From Chlamydiia bacterium (GTDB taxonomy: Bacteria; Chlamydiota; Chlamydiia; Chlamydiales; JAAKFQ01): a stretch of DNA of 25,637 nt. Each line of letters begins with the position of its first letter. Position 1 is the first letter of the stretch. The stretch spans positions 1 to 25,637 of the forward strand of contig JBDNIV010000006.1 of the NCBI GenBank assembly GCA_041688145.1, written 5' to 3'. Shown piece by piece: positions 16,793-25,637 of the stretch. Below the pieces are notes generated by a model. The model ran no database searches. It saw nothing but the letters and a program-made list of their open reading frames with translations, and was not told the origin of the DNA. The translations under genes were made by a program, and so were the position numbers.

Positions 16793-19567
16793 CTATACAG
16801 GCGAGCCTAGATCTTGAAGGTCAGCGTGTTTATTGCAGTGTTCAAAAAGGGCCTTTTGGAGATCAAAGTATTTCAGTTCATATTCAAAAAGTTTACTTAG
16901 GTCAGGCTCTTTTTCTTGGAAATATAAACTGAGTAGAGCTGTGACGGGTAGATAGGGAGCAGCTGCAGTTTTTGCAAAGTGAATATGAGCTATGCGTTTA
17001 CCTTCAGTTGCGCATAAAAAACAGCCATAGACAGAAAAAAGGGAAGAGCGCTCGTCGCTAAGTTCATACTCAGAGTATTTCGAAAAGATCTCCTTGGCTT
17101 CTTGCCATTTGCTTTGAGATAAAAGTAAATAGGCGCGTAGAGCATCGATTCTAGGAGCATCTTTTTTAGAAAGCTCGTGAGCTTTTACTTTTTCTATAGC
17201 GTATGCGACAGCAGGCAGGTCTTGTTGGTTAATTGCTTGATAGAGCAAAAATTTCAAAATACGCACTTCTTTGATTCGCATTTGTTTAGGACAAAGGGCA
17301 AAGAAGCTTTCTAGGCATTCCATGGCGGATTTTTCAGGAAATCCAAGGGCTACTTTTAAAAGCTTAAAGGGATAGATTCTTTGGTATTGCTCAGGCAATT
17401 CATTAAACTTTTGATTAGCAAGCGCGCTTTTCTCCATTTCAATCAAAGCAAAAATGCCATTTTCAATAAAGAGTTGGTGAGTAGAGATAGCGGCATTTGT
17501 AATGAGCTCGGCAATATGGTGAGGGGATGAGAGCCAGAAGCTGAGTCTAGTTGCTAGGTCTATAGGGCTTGATAAGCTCGTTTCCTCAAAAAAGGGCAGA
17601 TGATCCCAGTCTTTTTTAAGGGCGCATATCAGCTTTTGGTTGTCTTCTAGAGCGATAAGCTCAGGAACTAAGCTTGCAATAATGAGTAAGAAGCGAAAGG
17701 TTGAAGATCTGTCAAATCCAGCAAACTGGTGCAGTCTATGATGAAGCTGCTCTTTAATAGGTGCGAGCAAGGGATGGTGTTTAAATTTGCGAATAGCAAG
17801 CTCAAAGCACTTAGCTTCTTCATTGGGGTCTTTTAGAGCTTCATAGACTAACGCTTTGCCCAGGTATTCTAAAGGAGCTCCCGAGGTCTCATAAAGAGCG
17901 TGAAAAGCTTCTAAGGCGTCTTCAAACAGCAAAGGGTTTTTATGTAGCTTAGCTTGTTCTAAGCGGCAAGTGCCTGCTTGAAAAAGAGCGATGCGCCCTT
18001 CTTTTTGTCCTCGAAATGAAGCGGCTATTTTTTGGTATTCGGTCAGAGCTTTATCAAAGTCTTTATGGGCTAAAAAGGCATCAGGCACAGCTAAGCAATC
18101 AAGAATACTACTTAAGCTTCCTGTTGAAATTGTCAGGTTTTCAATCTCGTATTCAGCATCACGGACCATAAGGCCTGTTCTTGAGCCAATTACTGGCAAG
18201 TAGCTCACATAGGTGAACTTTAGTTCGCCATTGAGGTAAAAAGAGATTTTGTGATCAACATGTTCAACGCGGACGTGCACCCACTCTTCGCGCTCTAAGC
18301 AAATGTCTCCTGTTTCTAATACCTGAATATTAGAGCGAAACAGTTGGGTAGTATGGCCCTTTTCGGCTGTGAGCCATAGACAGTAGCCTTTTTCTGGGCA
18401 AAAGTGCTTAGAGTCTGCAGGAACGCTAATTAAAAAGCCGATACCCAGGCCGTCTTCTTTTATCTTTAGGCGCGCTTCAATTTTTGTATTTGAGGGGAAC
18501 TCTGAGCGTGAAAGCATTACATGCACCCATTCGACCTCACTTAGGCTGCGAGTGATAGCTAGGTGACGACTTAGAGCAATATCAGCTTGAGCTAGCCAGT
18601 CAGACTTTTTATGGATATCTAGCACTTCTGAATGTGTCCAGTCTGAGCGGCCCTGCACATGATTTTCTAAATCTTGGATTAGCTCATTCATTGAGCGGTA
18701 TCGCTTAGAGGGGGTAGGCTCAATGCACTTCATAGCTATTTTCTCAAGTGCTGGAGGAATGTCTCTGTGGGGAGAGATTTCAGAAGGTGGTAGTACTTTT
18801 TCTAGATGTGCTGAGGCCGAAAATTCCTTGATAGAGGGCCTTCTAAAAGGCATTTTTAAAGCGAGTATCTGGTACAGAATAACCCCAAGTGCATAGATAT
18901 CTGTTGCGACAGAAGTAGGCGCACCTTTCACTCTTTCTGGCGCTAAGTAAGTCACTGTACCGATTATCCTTCCGGGGATTGTCATTGAAGAGGTGAGCTC
19001 TTCTTCAGGATCAGGGAGGTCAGATTCTATTTCTGGCTCACCTACATATTCGGCTAGACCCCAATCTAAAATAACAACTTCACCATACTTTCCGATGATG
19101 ATATTTTCTGGTTTTAGGTCTCTGTGCAAAATGTTATTTGAATGGACGTAGTGAATAGCTTGGCAGATAGTCAAAAAATAGCGTGTGAGCGTAGCAATCG
19201 ATGAACCTGGGTCTTCATAGCCCTCAGTGCGCCTTTGCTGTTTTCTTGCTTGGATAAAGCGCTGTTTGAGCGTTTGGCCTTCTACATAGGGCATAGTGTA
19301 GTAAGGCATTGGCCCTTCTAGGCTAATTTCAAATATAGGGATAATTGAAGGATGCGAGAGTCTTGAGGCTATTTTAGCTTCTCGGATAAAACGCTTTTTC
19401 AAGGTCTCATTGACAAGAAGTTTTTTGCGCATACGTTTGAGCGCAACTTTCCTATGGCAAATAGGATCGAAAGCTAAAAAGATTTCTCCCATACCGCCTG
19501 TTGCAATCGAGAGTTCTATTTCAAAACGATCAATGCGCCTAGGCGCTTTATCACTAAAAGGCTCCAT
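16793..19567 (-). CDS. pknD: Hanks-type Ser/Thr protein kinase PknD
   Basis: TGGMGEIF, VALK, HRDLKPEN, DWG, GTVTYLAPE, DIYALG. The 924-aa length and position near valS match chlamydial PknD. Confidence 0.93.
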   Translation of the reverse strand: MEPFSDKAPRRIDRFEIELSIATGGMGEIFLAFDPICHRKVALKRMRKKLLVNETLKKRFIREAKIASRLSHPSIIPIFEISLEGPMPYYTMPYVEGQTLKQRFIQARKQQRRTEGYEDPGSSIATLTRYFLTICQAIHYVHSNNILHRDLKPENIIIGKYGEVVILDWGLAEYVGEPEIESDLPDPEEELTSSMTIPGRIIGTVTYLAPERVKGAPTSVATDIYALGVILYQILALKMPFRRPSIKEFSASAHLEKVLPPSEISPHRDIPPALEKIAMKCIEPTPSKRYRSMNELIQDLENHVQGRSDWTHSEVLDIHKKSDWLAQADIALSRHLAITRSLSEVEWVHVMLSRSEFPSNTKIEARLKIKEDGLGIGFLISVPADSKHFCPEKGYCLWLTAEKGHTTQLFRSNIQVLETGDICLEREEWVHVRVEHVDHKISFYLNGELKFTYVSYLPVIGSRTGLMVRDAEYEIENLTISTGSLSSILDCLAVPDAFLAHKDFDKALTEYQKIAASFRGQKEGRIALFQAGTCRLEQAKLHKNPLLFEDALEAFHALYETSGAPLEYLGKALVYEALKDPNEEAKCFELAIRKFKHHPLLAPIKEQLHHRLHQFAGFDRSSTFRFLLIIASLVPELIALEDNQKLICALKKDWDHLPFFEETSLSSPIDLATRLSFWLSSPHHIAELITNAAISTHQLFIENGIFALIEMEKSALANQKFNELPEQYQRIYPFKLLKVALGFPEKSAMECLESFFALCPKQMRIKEVRILKFLLYQAINQQDLPAVAYAIEKVKAHELSKKDAPRIDALRAYLLLSQSKWQEAKEIFSKYSEYELSDERSSLFSVYGCFLCATEGKRIAHIHFAKTAAAPYLPVTALLSLYFQEKEPDLSKLFEYELKYFDLQKALFEHCNKHADLQDLGSPV

Positions 19568-19646
19568 GGATCCTACAGTAGCATGAAATCTATTTTTCAG
19601 GGATATTTGTCAGCAATGGGCCTTATCCGATATATTCTAGGAATCT

Positions 19647-20654
19647 ATGGGAAAACAAGACATCGTTTTAACAGGAGATCGCCCAACAGGCAAGCTCCAC
19701 CTCGGTCATTATGTAGGCTCGCTTAAAGAAAGACTGAATCTGCAAGACAAGGCTGAGCTTTTTGTCATGATTGCTGATGTGCAAGCATTAACGGATCATG
19801 CTAAAAAATCTAGTGAGGTAAGGGATTCTGTTCTAGAAGTAGGGCTAGACTACCTATCTGTAGGCTTAGATCCTGTTAAGTCCACACTATTTATTCAATC
19901 TCTTGTTCCTGAGCTTTTTGAGCTAACTGTTTACTATTTGAACCTTGTGACGATGAACCGCTTAAAGCACAATCCTACAGTCAAAGCAGAGATTAATCAA
20001 AAGGGCTTTAAAGAGGGTATTCCAGCAGGCTTTGTGATGTATCCTATTTCTCAAGTAGCTGATATTACGGCATTCAAAGCAAATCTTGTCCCTGTGGGTG
20101 CAGATCAAATGCCTATGATTGAGCAAACGAATGAGATTGTACGTACATTCAATCGCCTTTACGGGGATGTGCTTGTTGAGGCTAAAGCTATTATCCCTGA
20201 AGGTGGCGCTAAAAGGCTTGTAGGGATTGATGGTGCAAACAAGATGAGTAAGTCGCTCGGCAATGCAATTTACCTTTCTGATTCAAGCGATGTTCTTGAG
20301 AAAAAGGTAAAAAAGATGTTCACAGATCCGAATCATCTTCAGGTGAATGATCCGGGCTCTTTGGAGAACAATGCGGTTTTTGACTACCTTGAGGTTTTCG
20401 ATCCTGATCGTGAAAAACTTGAAGAGATGAAAGCGCATTACCAGCGTGGAGGCCTTGGGGATTCTTTAGTAAAAAGAAGGCTTTTTGAGGTTTTGGATGC
20501 TCTTTTAGAGCCCATGCGCAAAAGGCGTGAAGAGTTTGCAAAAGATCCGGCCGAAGTCTATCGCATCTTACTTAAAGGCTCGGAGAAAGCTTCTGAAAGG
20601 GCTCACAAGACTTTGTCTCAGGTCCGTGCGGCTATGAATCTTAATTACAGATAG
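19647..20654 (+). CDS. trpS: Tryptophan--tRNA ligase
   Basis: [13 protein letters not shown] (HIGH), [21 protein letters not shown]. Confidence 0.97.
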   Translation: MGKQDIVLTGDRPTGKLHLGHYVGSLKERLNLQDKAELFVMIADVQALTDHAKKSSEVRDSVLEVGLDYLSVGLDPVKSTLFIQSLVPELFELTVYYLNLVTMNRLKHNPTVKAEINQKGFKEGIPAGFVMYPISQVADITAFKANLVPVGADQMPMIEQTNEIVRTFNRLYGDVLVEAKAIIPEGGAKRLVGIDGANKMSKSLGNAIYLSDSSDVLEKKVKKMFTDPNHLQVNDPGSLENNAVFDYLEVFDPDREKLEEMKAHYQRGGLGDSLVKRRLFEVLDALLEPMRKRREEFAKDPAEVYRILLKGSEKASERAHKTLSQVRAAMNLNYR

Positions 20655-20691
20655 TCTGCCCGGTAGTCAAGAGGCGTAGAAAGAAAAGCTC

Positions 20692-21069
20692 TTAAGACTT
20701 TGTATCTTCGTCGTCTTCTTCAATCTCTTTATTTTGCTCTTCTTCCCGTTCAATCTCAGTCTCCTGATCTTTCATGAAAAAAGCTCTAAATAAGATGTAG
20801 ATCGATGCGACCATAAGAATAACAGGTAAAAAGTACTTAGAGCCAATATTGTAGCCTGTTGTGACCGCAACACCCCCAAAGATGATAAGAGCCAAAACAG
20901 CGTCATAGTACTTCTTGCGCAGCGTTTGTTTTACAGCGACGCTAATACCTATTACTATCATGAGGCCCGGCCACCATTTATTGGTGTAAGACAAAATAGC
21001 AATGCCTATAAGTAGCACTACAAGGCCGATGGCTTTTGTGCGGGGTTCTGTGAGGTAGGGGCCTGACAT
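20692..21069 (-). CDS. Small membrane protein (about 4 TM) with acidic C-terminal tail
   Basis: Four hydrophobic segments, WWPG motif, E/D-rich tail; GGAG SD at 21080-21077. Confidence 0.8.
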   Translation of the reverse strand: MSGPYLTEPRTKAIGLVVLLIGIAILSYTNKWWPGLMIVIGISVAVKQTLRKKYYDAVLALIIFGGVAVTTGYNIGSKYFLPVILMVASIYILFRAFFMKDQETEIEREEEQNKEIEEDDEDTKS

Positions 21070-21099
21070 AGCATATCTCCAAATATTTCCTATAACATC

Positions 21100-21128
21100 A
21101 GTCTAGGGTTTTTAAGCTTTGGCGGCAA
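21100..21128 (-). promoter_or_regulatory. sigma66 promoter TTGCCG-N17-TAGACT for the membrane protein gene
   Basis: -35 at 21128-21123, -10 at 21105-21100. Confidence 0.55.
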
Positions 21129-21152
21129 GCAGGCTTAGAAGGCCATTTTCAG

Positions 21153-21290
21153 TATAATTAAGCTTCCATCGCTCTTAAGTTGTTTATAATAAACACATTA
21201 ATAATTAACAATTAATTTAACTTCGCTTAACAATTAACAGGGGCTATTTGAGTTATAATTAAGCTATAAATGTTTTATAAATTAAACTAA
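21153..21290. repeat. Very AT-rich intergenic region with direct repeats and a palindrome
   Basis: TATAATTAAGCT at 21153 and 21254; TTAACAATTAA at 21205 and 21227; TGTTTAT-A-ATAAACA palindrome at 21181-21195. Confidence 0.8.
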
Positions 21291-21305
21291 TATCAGGTGT
21301 TAATA

Positions 21306-21935
21306 ATGGTCAATGCAAGTAATTCTCAATATTTCAGTCTTTTAGGACAAAATAAGGTAAGAGACTGCACTCTTAACCCAAATGCTCTATCAACCCACTT
21401 AAATGAAGCGACTGGCAAACTAAGTATGAGTTTTGGAGATAGGATAAAAGTTACTTTCTATCAATTGCTAAGTATCTTGGGTGTTAATACAGCGGATAAA
21501 ATTCAAAGTATCGTTTGGAACTATTTCAATGATGCGCTCAATGCTAATGATTATGCTGGAAGAGAGGTATTAGGTTCTATAGAGCCTAGTAGAGTTGCTT
21601 CTGGCCCAACATGTCTTTCTCAAGAAACCTCTCCCACATCTATTGTAAGAGCAGCTTATTTGCCAGAAACTAGTAGTTCAGCCAAGAGCTCTGTTAATGA
21701 GCTTGGTTTAAGCGTTGTAGAAGACAGTGGCGAGTTGCCAGCAGATGAAGAGATCGCTTTTGAAAAGCAGCAGCGGCGTATTTTAGATGAAGCTCTAGGA
21801 AATCCTAGAGCTCCAGATGTAGCGCCAAGCCTAGATATTCCGACGAATCTACCCGGCCTTGCCGGTTTAGCCTATAGCCAAGAGCCAGGTGCTTACGCGG
21901 ATATCCTTCCAGACTTGCCAGGTCTTAGTACTTAA
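21306..21935 (+). CDS. Hypothetical protein, Ser/Pro-rich and probably partly disordered, candidate T3SS effector
   Basis: Likely start ATG 21306 (MVNASNSQYFS) after AGGTG. The stop overlaps the convergent uvrA stop (TTAA at 21932-21935). Confidence 0.7.
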   Translation: MVNASNSQYFSLLGQNKVRDCTLNPNALSTHLNEATGKLSMSFGDRIKVTFYQLLSILGVNTADKIQSIVWNYFNDALNANDYAGREVLGSIEPSRVASGPTCLSQETSPTSIVRAAYLPETSSSAKSSVNELGLSVVEDSGELPADEEIAFEKQQRRILDEALGNPRAPDVAPSLDIPTNLPGLAGLAYSQEPGAYADILPDLPGLST

Positions 21936-24900
21936 AGGTACTTGCCTGTCATAAAGCCTTTCCCGAGCTTATCTAAAGGGCCCATAGCGGTCACTTCACC
22001 TCCAAGATCGCCTGATCCTGGACCGAGTTCTATAATATAGTCGCTATGGCGGATGATATCTGTATTGTGCTCTACGATAACCACTGTATGACCATTATCA
22101 ATCAAATTCATGATCACTTTTAAGAGCTTTTCTACGTCTTTAAAATGTAGGCCAATTGTGGGTTCATCAAAGATATAAAGTGTTTTTATCCGCTTTTTCT
22201 TAGCTAAGTCTCGGCTCAGACGTAGGCGCTGCGCTTCTCCTCCTGAAAGAGTGGCTGTCTCTCTATTTAAAGGGAGGTAATCTAGGCCGACCTCAATTAA
22301 AGTCTCTAAGATCCTTTTAGCTTTAGGGATATGCTCAAAATGTTTTAAGGCTTTTGCGGCATTGAGTTCTAGATAGTCAGCTAGGTTCTTGCCGTCATAA
22401 CGTACATTTAAGCTGAGTGGCCCAAGGCGCTTTCCATGACACGCATCACAGATGACTTTTACAGCTGGCATAAACTGTAGTTGGACATTTTTATATCCAA
22501 AGCCATAACAGCTTGGGCACATGCCTCTTTTGTGATAATAGCTAAAGTGTCTCGGCTCGAGGCCTCGAATTTGAGCTTCGGGCAAACTGGCAAACCATGA
22601 GCGAAGAGGAGCAAGCAAGTCTGTATAAGTCGCAATGTCAGCGCGCGTTGTTTGGCCGATAGGGTTTTGGTCGAGGTAGACAAAGTCTCCAAAGTGATCA
22701 AGGCCACTTACTGTTGCAAAGGGAAGCTTTGCTACATCTTCTTTTTGAATCTTACTTTTGCTAAGTGCAGGCTGTAAAATACCATCGACAAGAGATGATT
22801 TTCCCGATCCTGATGGGCCTACAATGCATGTAAGTGCTTTAATAGGAATTTGACATGAGATGTTTTTGAGATTGTGCAGGTTTGCCCCTTCAATCCGAAG
22901 CCCTTCTATCTTAGAAGATTTTAAAGATGCTCTAGGAGATTTAGAGGGGGAAATGGAGACTTTCTTTTGCCCTGAAAGGTAAGGAGCTGTAATAGACTTG
23001 GGATCTTTTAGCACTTCTTCTAGTGTGCCTTGAGATATGATGTATCCACCCTTGTCGCCTGCTTCAGGGCCAATGTCAACGAGCCTGTCTGCAATCTTGA
23101 GAGCTACAGGATCGTGCTCAACCATAAGAATTGTATTATTGAGTGCTTTAAGTTTTTGAAGTGCTTTTCCTATGCGCGCAACTTCACTGGGATGCAGACC
23201 AATTGTTGGCTCATCTAAAACATAGAGAACACCTCCGACATTAGAGCCTAACTGGCGAGAAAGCCTGAGGCGTTGCAGCTCACCACCAGATAAAGTTGGT
23301 GCTGCTCTTCCAAGAGCTAAATACCCAATTCCAATATCGACCATAAAGTTTAAGCGAGACTCTATTTGGTAGAGCACTTCTTTTAAGATCTTTTTCTGTT
23401 CCTCAGAAAGATCGAGGCTGCTCAGGTGTTTTTGCACTTCTAAAAGTGGCAGTTTTGAAAGTTTACCTAGAGAAAGCCCCTTAAGAAGGGCAGCTCTCGC
23501 TAGGGGATTAAGCCGCTCGCCTTTGCACTCAGGGCATTCAACTTTACCTGTAATTTCGCTAATAAATCCTTTGAGTGGGCTTTTTCCCCACTTAGAAAGG
23601 GTATCAAAGCTCTTAGAGAGTCCAGGCCACTTAAGTCTGCGAGAGCCCCATTTCCAACTCGCTTTAGATCCATTCAAAAAGGCTTCTTTTGCCTGTTCAC
23701 TTTGGCTTGCTAAAGGAAGATCGGTATCAATAGCCTCAATCTCAAAAAGGGGGTAAAGCGCTCTAAAAGCAGTAGCAAAGCCCTCTTGCCAAAGCGCGCG
23801 CAAAATAGCTTCTGGACTCATCTCCATCAAAAATGAGTGCTCATCAATTTTAGCGCTTGAGTAGCCCAGGCCCATGCATTCTAGGCACATGCCTTCTTTG
23901 GTGTTGAAGGAAAAAGTCTTGTGGTTGATTTCAGGGTACGCTTCTCCTGTAGAAGGCGCAGCAAAGGCGAGGTTGAAAAAGACGTCGGTAGATTTACTGT
24001 TTTTTTCTGAGTCTTTAGAAGCCTTAGCGCGCTCTATTATGAGCTTGTCTTTTCCTAAGATTGCTGCGTGCTCAACGGCTTCAAATAGGCGCTTTTTATT
24101 CTGAGGATTTGCGCGCAGACGATCGGTAACTACTTCAAGTGAGACCTTCTTTTTTTCATCGATCTCAATCTCTTCATCTAAGCGACAAATAGTGCCGTTC
24201 AGACGTACGCGAAGATGGCCTTCTCGTCTTAAGTGGTTAACAGCTTCTTTAGCACTTTGCTTTTTCAAGTCTATAGGCGCTAAGATTACGAGCTTTTCAT
24301 CTAAAGGATATGTCAGCACTTTTTCTACTACGCTTTCTTTAGAAATAGCTTCAATGCGCTCACCTGTTTTTGGGCAGTGAGCGATTGCTGCATGCATATA
24401 AAGCAGTCTTAAATAGTCATAGACTTCACTGATTGTACCCACAGTACTGCGGGGATTAAGACCGTGGCTTTTTTGCTCAATAGCAATTGCAGGGCAAAGC
24501 CCATCGATCTTTTCAGCAGGCGGCTTTGGCATCTGTTTGATAAACTGCCGAGCGTAAGCGGGCAGCGTCTCAGTATACCGCCTTTGCCCCTCTGCATAAA
24601 TCGTATCAAAAGCAAGCGATGATTTTCCAGACCCTGAAGGGCCACAAAAAGCGGTAATAGCACCTCGAGGGATATTTATGCTCACATTTTTGAGGTTGTG
24701 AGTTTTTGCTCCTTTGACCTCTATAAGAGGCTTTGTTCTGATGCTTTTCAGGGAGATCTTTTTCTTTTCAATAGGTTTTAGATGATCCTTTAAAGCAAGG
24801 CCAGTGGGCGTTTTTTGATGACTAAGCTCTTCTGGTGTCATCTGAGCTATAATCTTGCCTCCTTTAGCGCCGCCTTCAGGGCCAAGTTCAATCGCCCAGT

Positions 24901-25637
24901 TAGAGCGCATAATCACATCTAAATTATGCTCGATGATAATAACCGTGTTTCCTTGATCACGGATCTCTTCTAAAATATTCATTAAAAAGCCCACATCACG
25001 AAAATGCAGTCCGACTGTGGGCTCATCTAATATGTAGAGTGTTTGACTCGTCGCTTTTTTGACGAGTTCTTTTGTAAGCTTAATCCTTTGCGCTTCACCC
25101 CCAGAAAGGGTCGTTGAAGGCTGACCTATTTTGATATACCCAAGACCTACCCTTTCTAAAAGGGCAAGCTTTTGGTGGATAGGGGGCACTTCAGAAAAAT
25201 GCTTCATAGCCTCACGGACGCTCATGAAAAGCACATCGCTAATGCTTTGTCCTCTATAGAGAACACCTAAAGTAGCACTATCAAACCGTTTGCCTAAACA
25301 TTCGGGACATTGAGTCCAGGCTTCATCCATAAAGTCCATATCAATGCGGATTTGTCCTGCCCCTCCACATTCCAAGCACGATCCCTCTTTAACATTAAAA
25401 CTAAAGCGCCCCTTTGTATAGCCGCGGGCCTGGCTCTCAGGTAATTGGGTATAAAGGTCACGTATTGCATCAAAGAGCTTTGTGTAGGTAGCAGGGTTTG
25501 ATCTTGGTGTACGCCCAATAGGAGACTGATCAATAGCGATGATTTTATCGATATTTTCAGCGCCAATCAGGTTTTTAGGATTTTCTGTTTTGTAGTCTAA
25601 AAAAGCTGATACTTGAGGTTTTAGCGTATCGATAATA
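21932..25637 (-). CDS. uvrA: Excinuclease ABC subunit A, chlamydial tandem-duplicated form (5' part lies outside the window)
   Basis: The frame stays open past the track start to the window edge (IIDTLKP...IDQSPIGRTPRSNPATY...FSFNVKEGSCLEC). The end of one UvrA unit is fused in frame to a second full unit. Three LSGGE signatures, two GPSGSGKSS Walker A motifs and several CxxC pairs are visible. Confidence 0.97.
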   Translation of the reverse strand, partial: IIDTLKPQVSAFLDYKTENPKNLIGAENIDKIIAIDQSPIGRTPRSNPATYTKLFDAIRDLYTQLPESQARGYTKGRFSFNVKEGSCLECGGAGQIRIDMDFMDEAWTQCPECLGKRFDSATLGVLYRGQSISDVLFMSVREAMKHFSEVPPIHQKLALLERVGLGYIKIGQPSTTLSGGEAQRIKLTKELVKKATSQTLYILDEPTVGLHFRDVGFLMNILEEIRDQGNTVIIIEHNLDVIMRSNWAIELGPEGGAKGGKIIAQMTPEELSHQKTPTGLALKDHLKPIEKKKISLKSIRTKPLIEVKGAKTHNLKNVSINIPRGAITAFCGPSGSGKSSLAFDTIYAEGQRRYTETLPAYARQFIKQMPKPPAEKIDGLCPAIAIEQKSHGLNPRSTVGTISEVYDYLRLLYMHAAIAHCPKTGERIEAISKESVVEKVLTYPLDEKLVILAPIDLKKQSAKEAVNHLRREGHLRVRLNGTICRLDEEIEIDEKKKVSLEVVTDRLRANPQNKKRLFEAVEHAAILGKDKLIIERAKASKDSEKNSKSTDVFFNLAFAAPSTGEAYPEINHKTFSFNTKEGMCLECMGLGYSSAKIDEHSFLMEMSPEAILRALWQEGFATAFRALYPLFEIEAIDTDLPLASQSEQAKEAFLNGSKASWKWGSRRLKWPGLSKSFDTLSKWGKSPLKGFISEITGKVECPECKGERLNPLARAALLKGLSLGKLSKLPLLEVQKHLSSLDLSEEQKKILKEVLYQIESRLNFMVDIGIGYLALGRAAPTLSGGELQRLRLSRQLGSNVGGVLYVLDEPTIGLHPSEVARIGKALQKLKALNNTILMVEHDPVALKIADRLVDIGPEAGDKGGYIISQGTLEEVLKDPKSITAPYLSGQKKVSISPSKSPRASLKSSKIEGLRIEGANLHNLKNISCQIPIKALTCIVGPSGSGKSSLVDGILQPALSKSKIQKEDVAKLPFATVSGLDHFGDFVYLDQNPIGQTTRADIATYTDLLAPLRSWFASLPEAQIRGLEPRHFSYYHKRGMCPSCYGFGYKNVQLQFMPAVKVICDACHGKRLGPLSLNVRYDGKNLADYLELNAAKALKHFEHIPKAKRILETLIEVGLDYLPLNRETATLSGGEAQRLRLSRDLAKKKRIKTLYIFDEPTIGLHFKDVEKLLKVIMNLIDNGHTVVIVEHNTDIIRHSDYIIELGPGSGDLGGEVTAMGPLDKLGKGFMTGKYL

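Noticed and set aside
19568..19646. T-box or attenuator upstream of trpS (also checked for valS)
   Set aside because: The intergenic spaces (79 nt and about 32 nt) are too short, and no T-box motif is present.
21150..21300. AT-rich region as oriC or a CRISPR array
   Set aside because: There are no DnaA boxes (TTATCCACA) and no regular repeat-spacer periodicity, and no cas genes are present.
496..24663. Short antisense or alternative-frame ORFs in the track (e.g. 496-1056, 2056-2304, 6580-6834, 6812-7066, 9021-9311, 10247-10444, 20320-20541, 22459-22707)
   Set aside because: They overlap well-supported genes or a terminator, and show no motifs or translation signals.
25294..25566. Alternative-frame 90-aa ORF suggesting a uvrA frameshift
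   Set aside because: The uvrA frame itself is open and UvrA-like up to the window edge, so this is a shadow ORF.

Overview
This is a ~40% GC window from a member of the phylum Chlamydiota, most likely an environmental lineage outside the Chlamydiaceae. The backbone is the conserved chlamydial block: CT309/DUF2764-like gene (partial), V/A-type ATPase atpA-B-D-I-K, CT303-like lipoprotein, valS, pknD and the tandem-duplicated uvrA (partial). Extra genes sit at four junctions. These are a Nudix hydrolase; a type I-alpha DAHP synthase, a secreted Ser/Gly-rich beta-helix-like protein and an orphan ending in a CaaX motif; a tandem trio of diverged paralogous orphans with effector-like N-termini; and trpS, a small membrane protein and another effector-like orphan behind a very AT-rich repeat region. 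I found no rRNA, tRNA, CRISPR array or mobile element. The most notable observations are the paralog trio sharing an ungapped 25-aa motif, a candidate host-farnesylated effector (C-terminal CTIS), and a recurrent TAnnnT-N7-ATG layout suggesting leaderless mRNAs for four genes. All product calls come from motif reading and recalled family knowledge; no searches were run.
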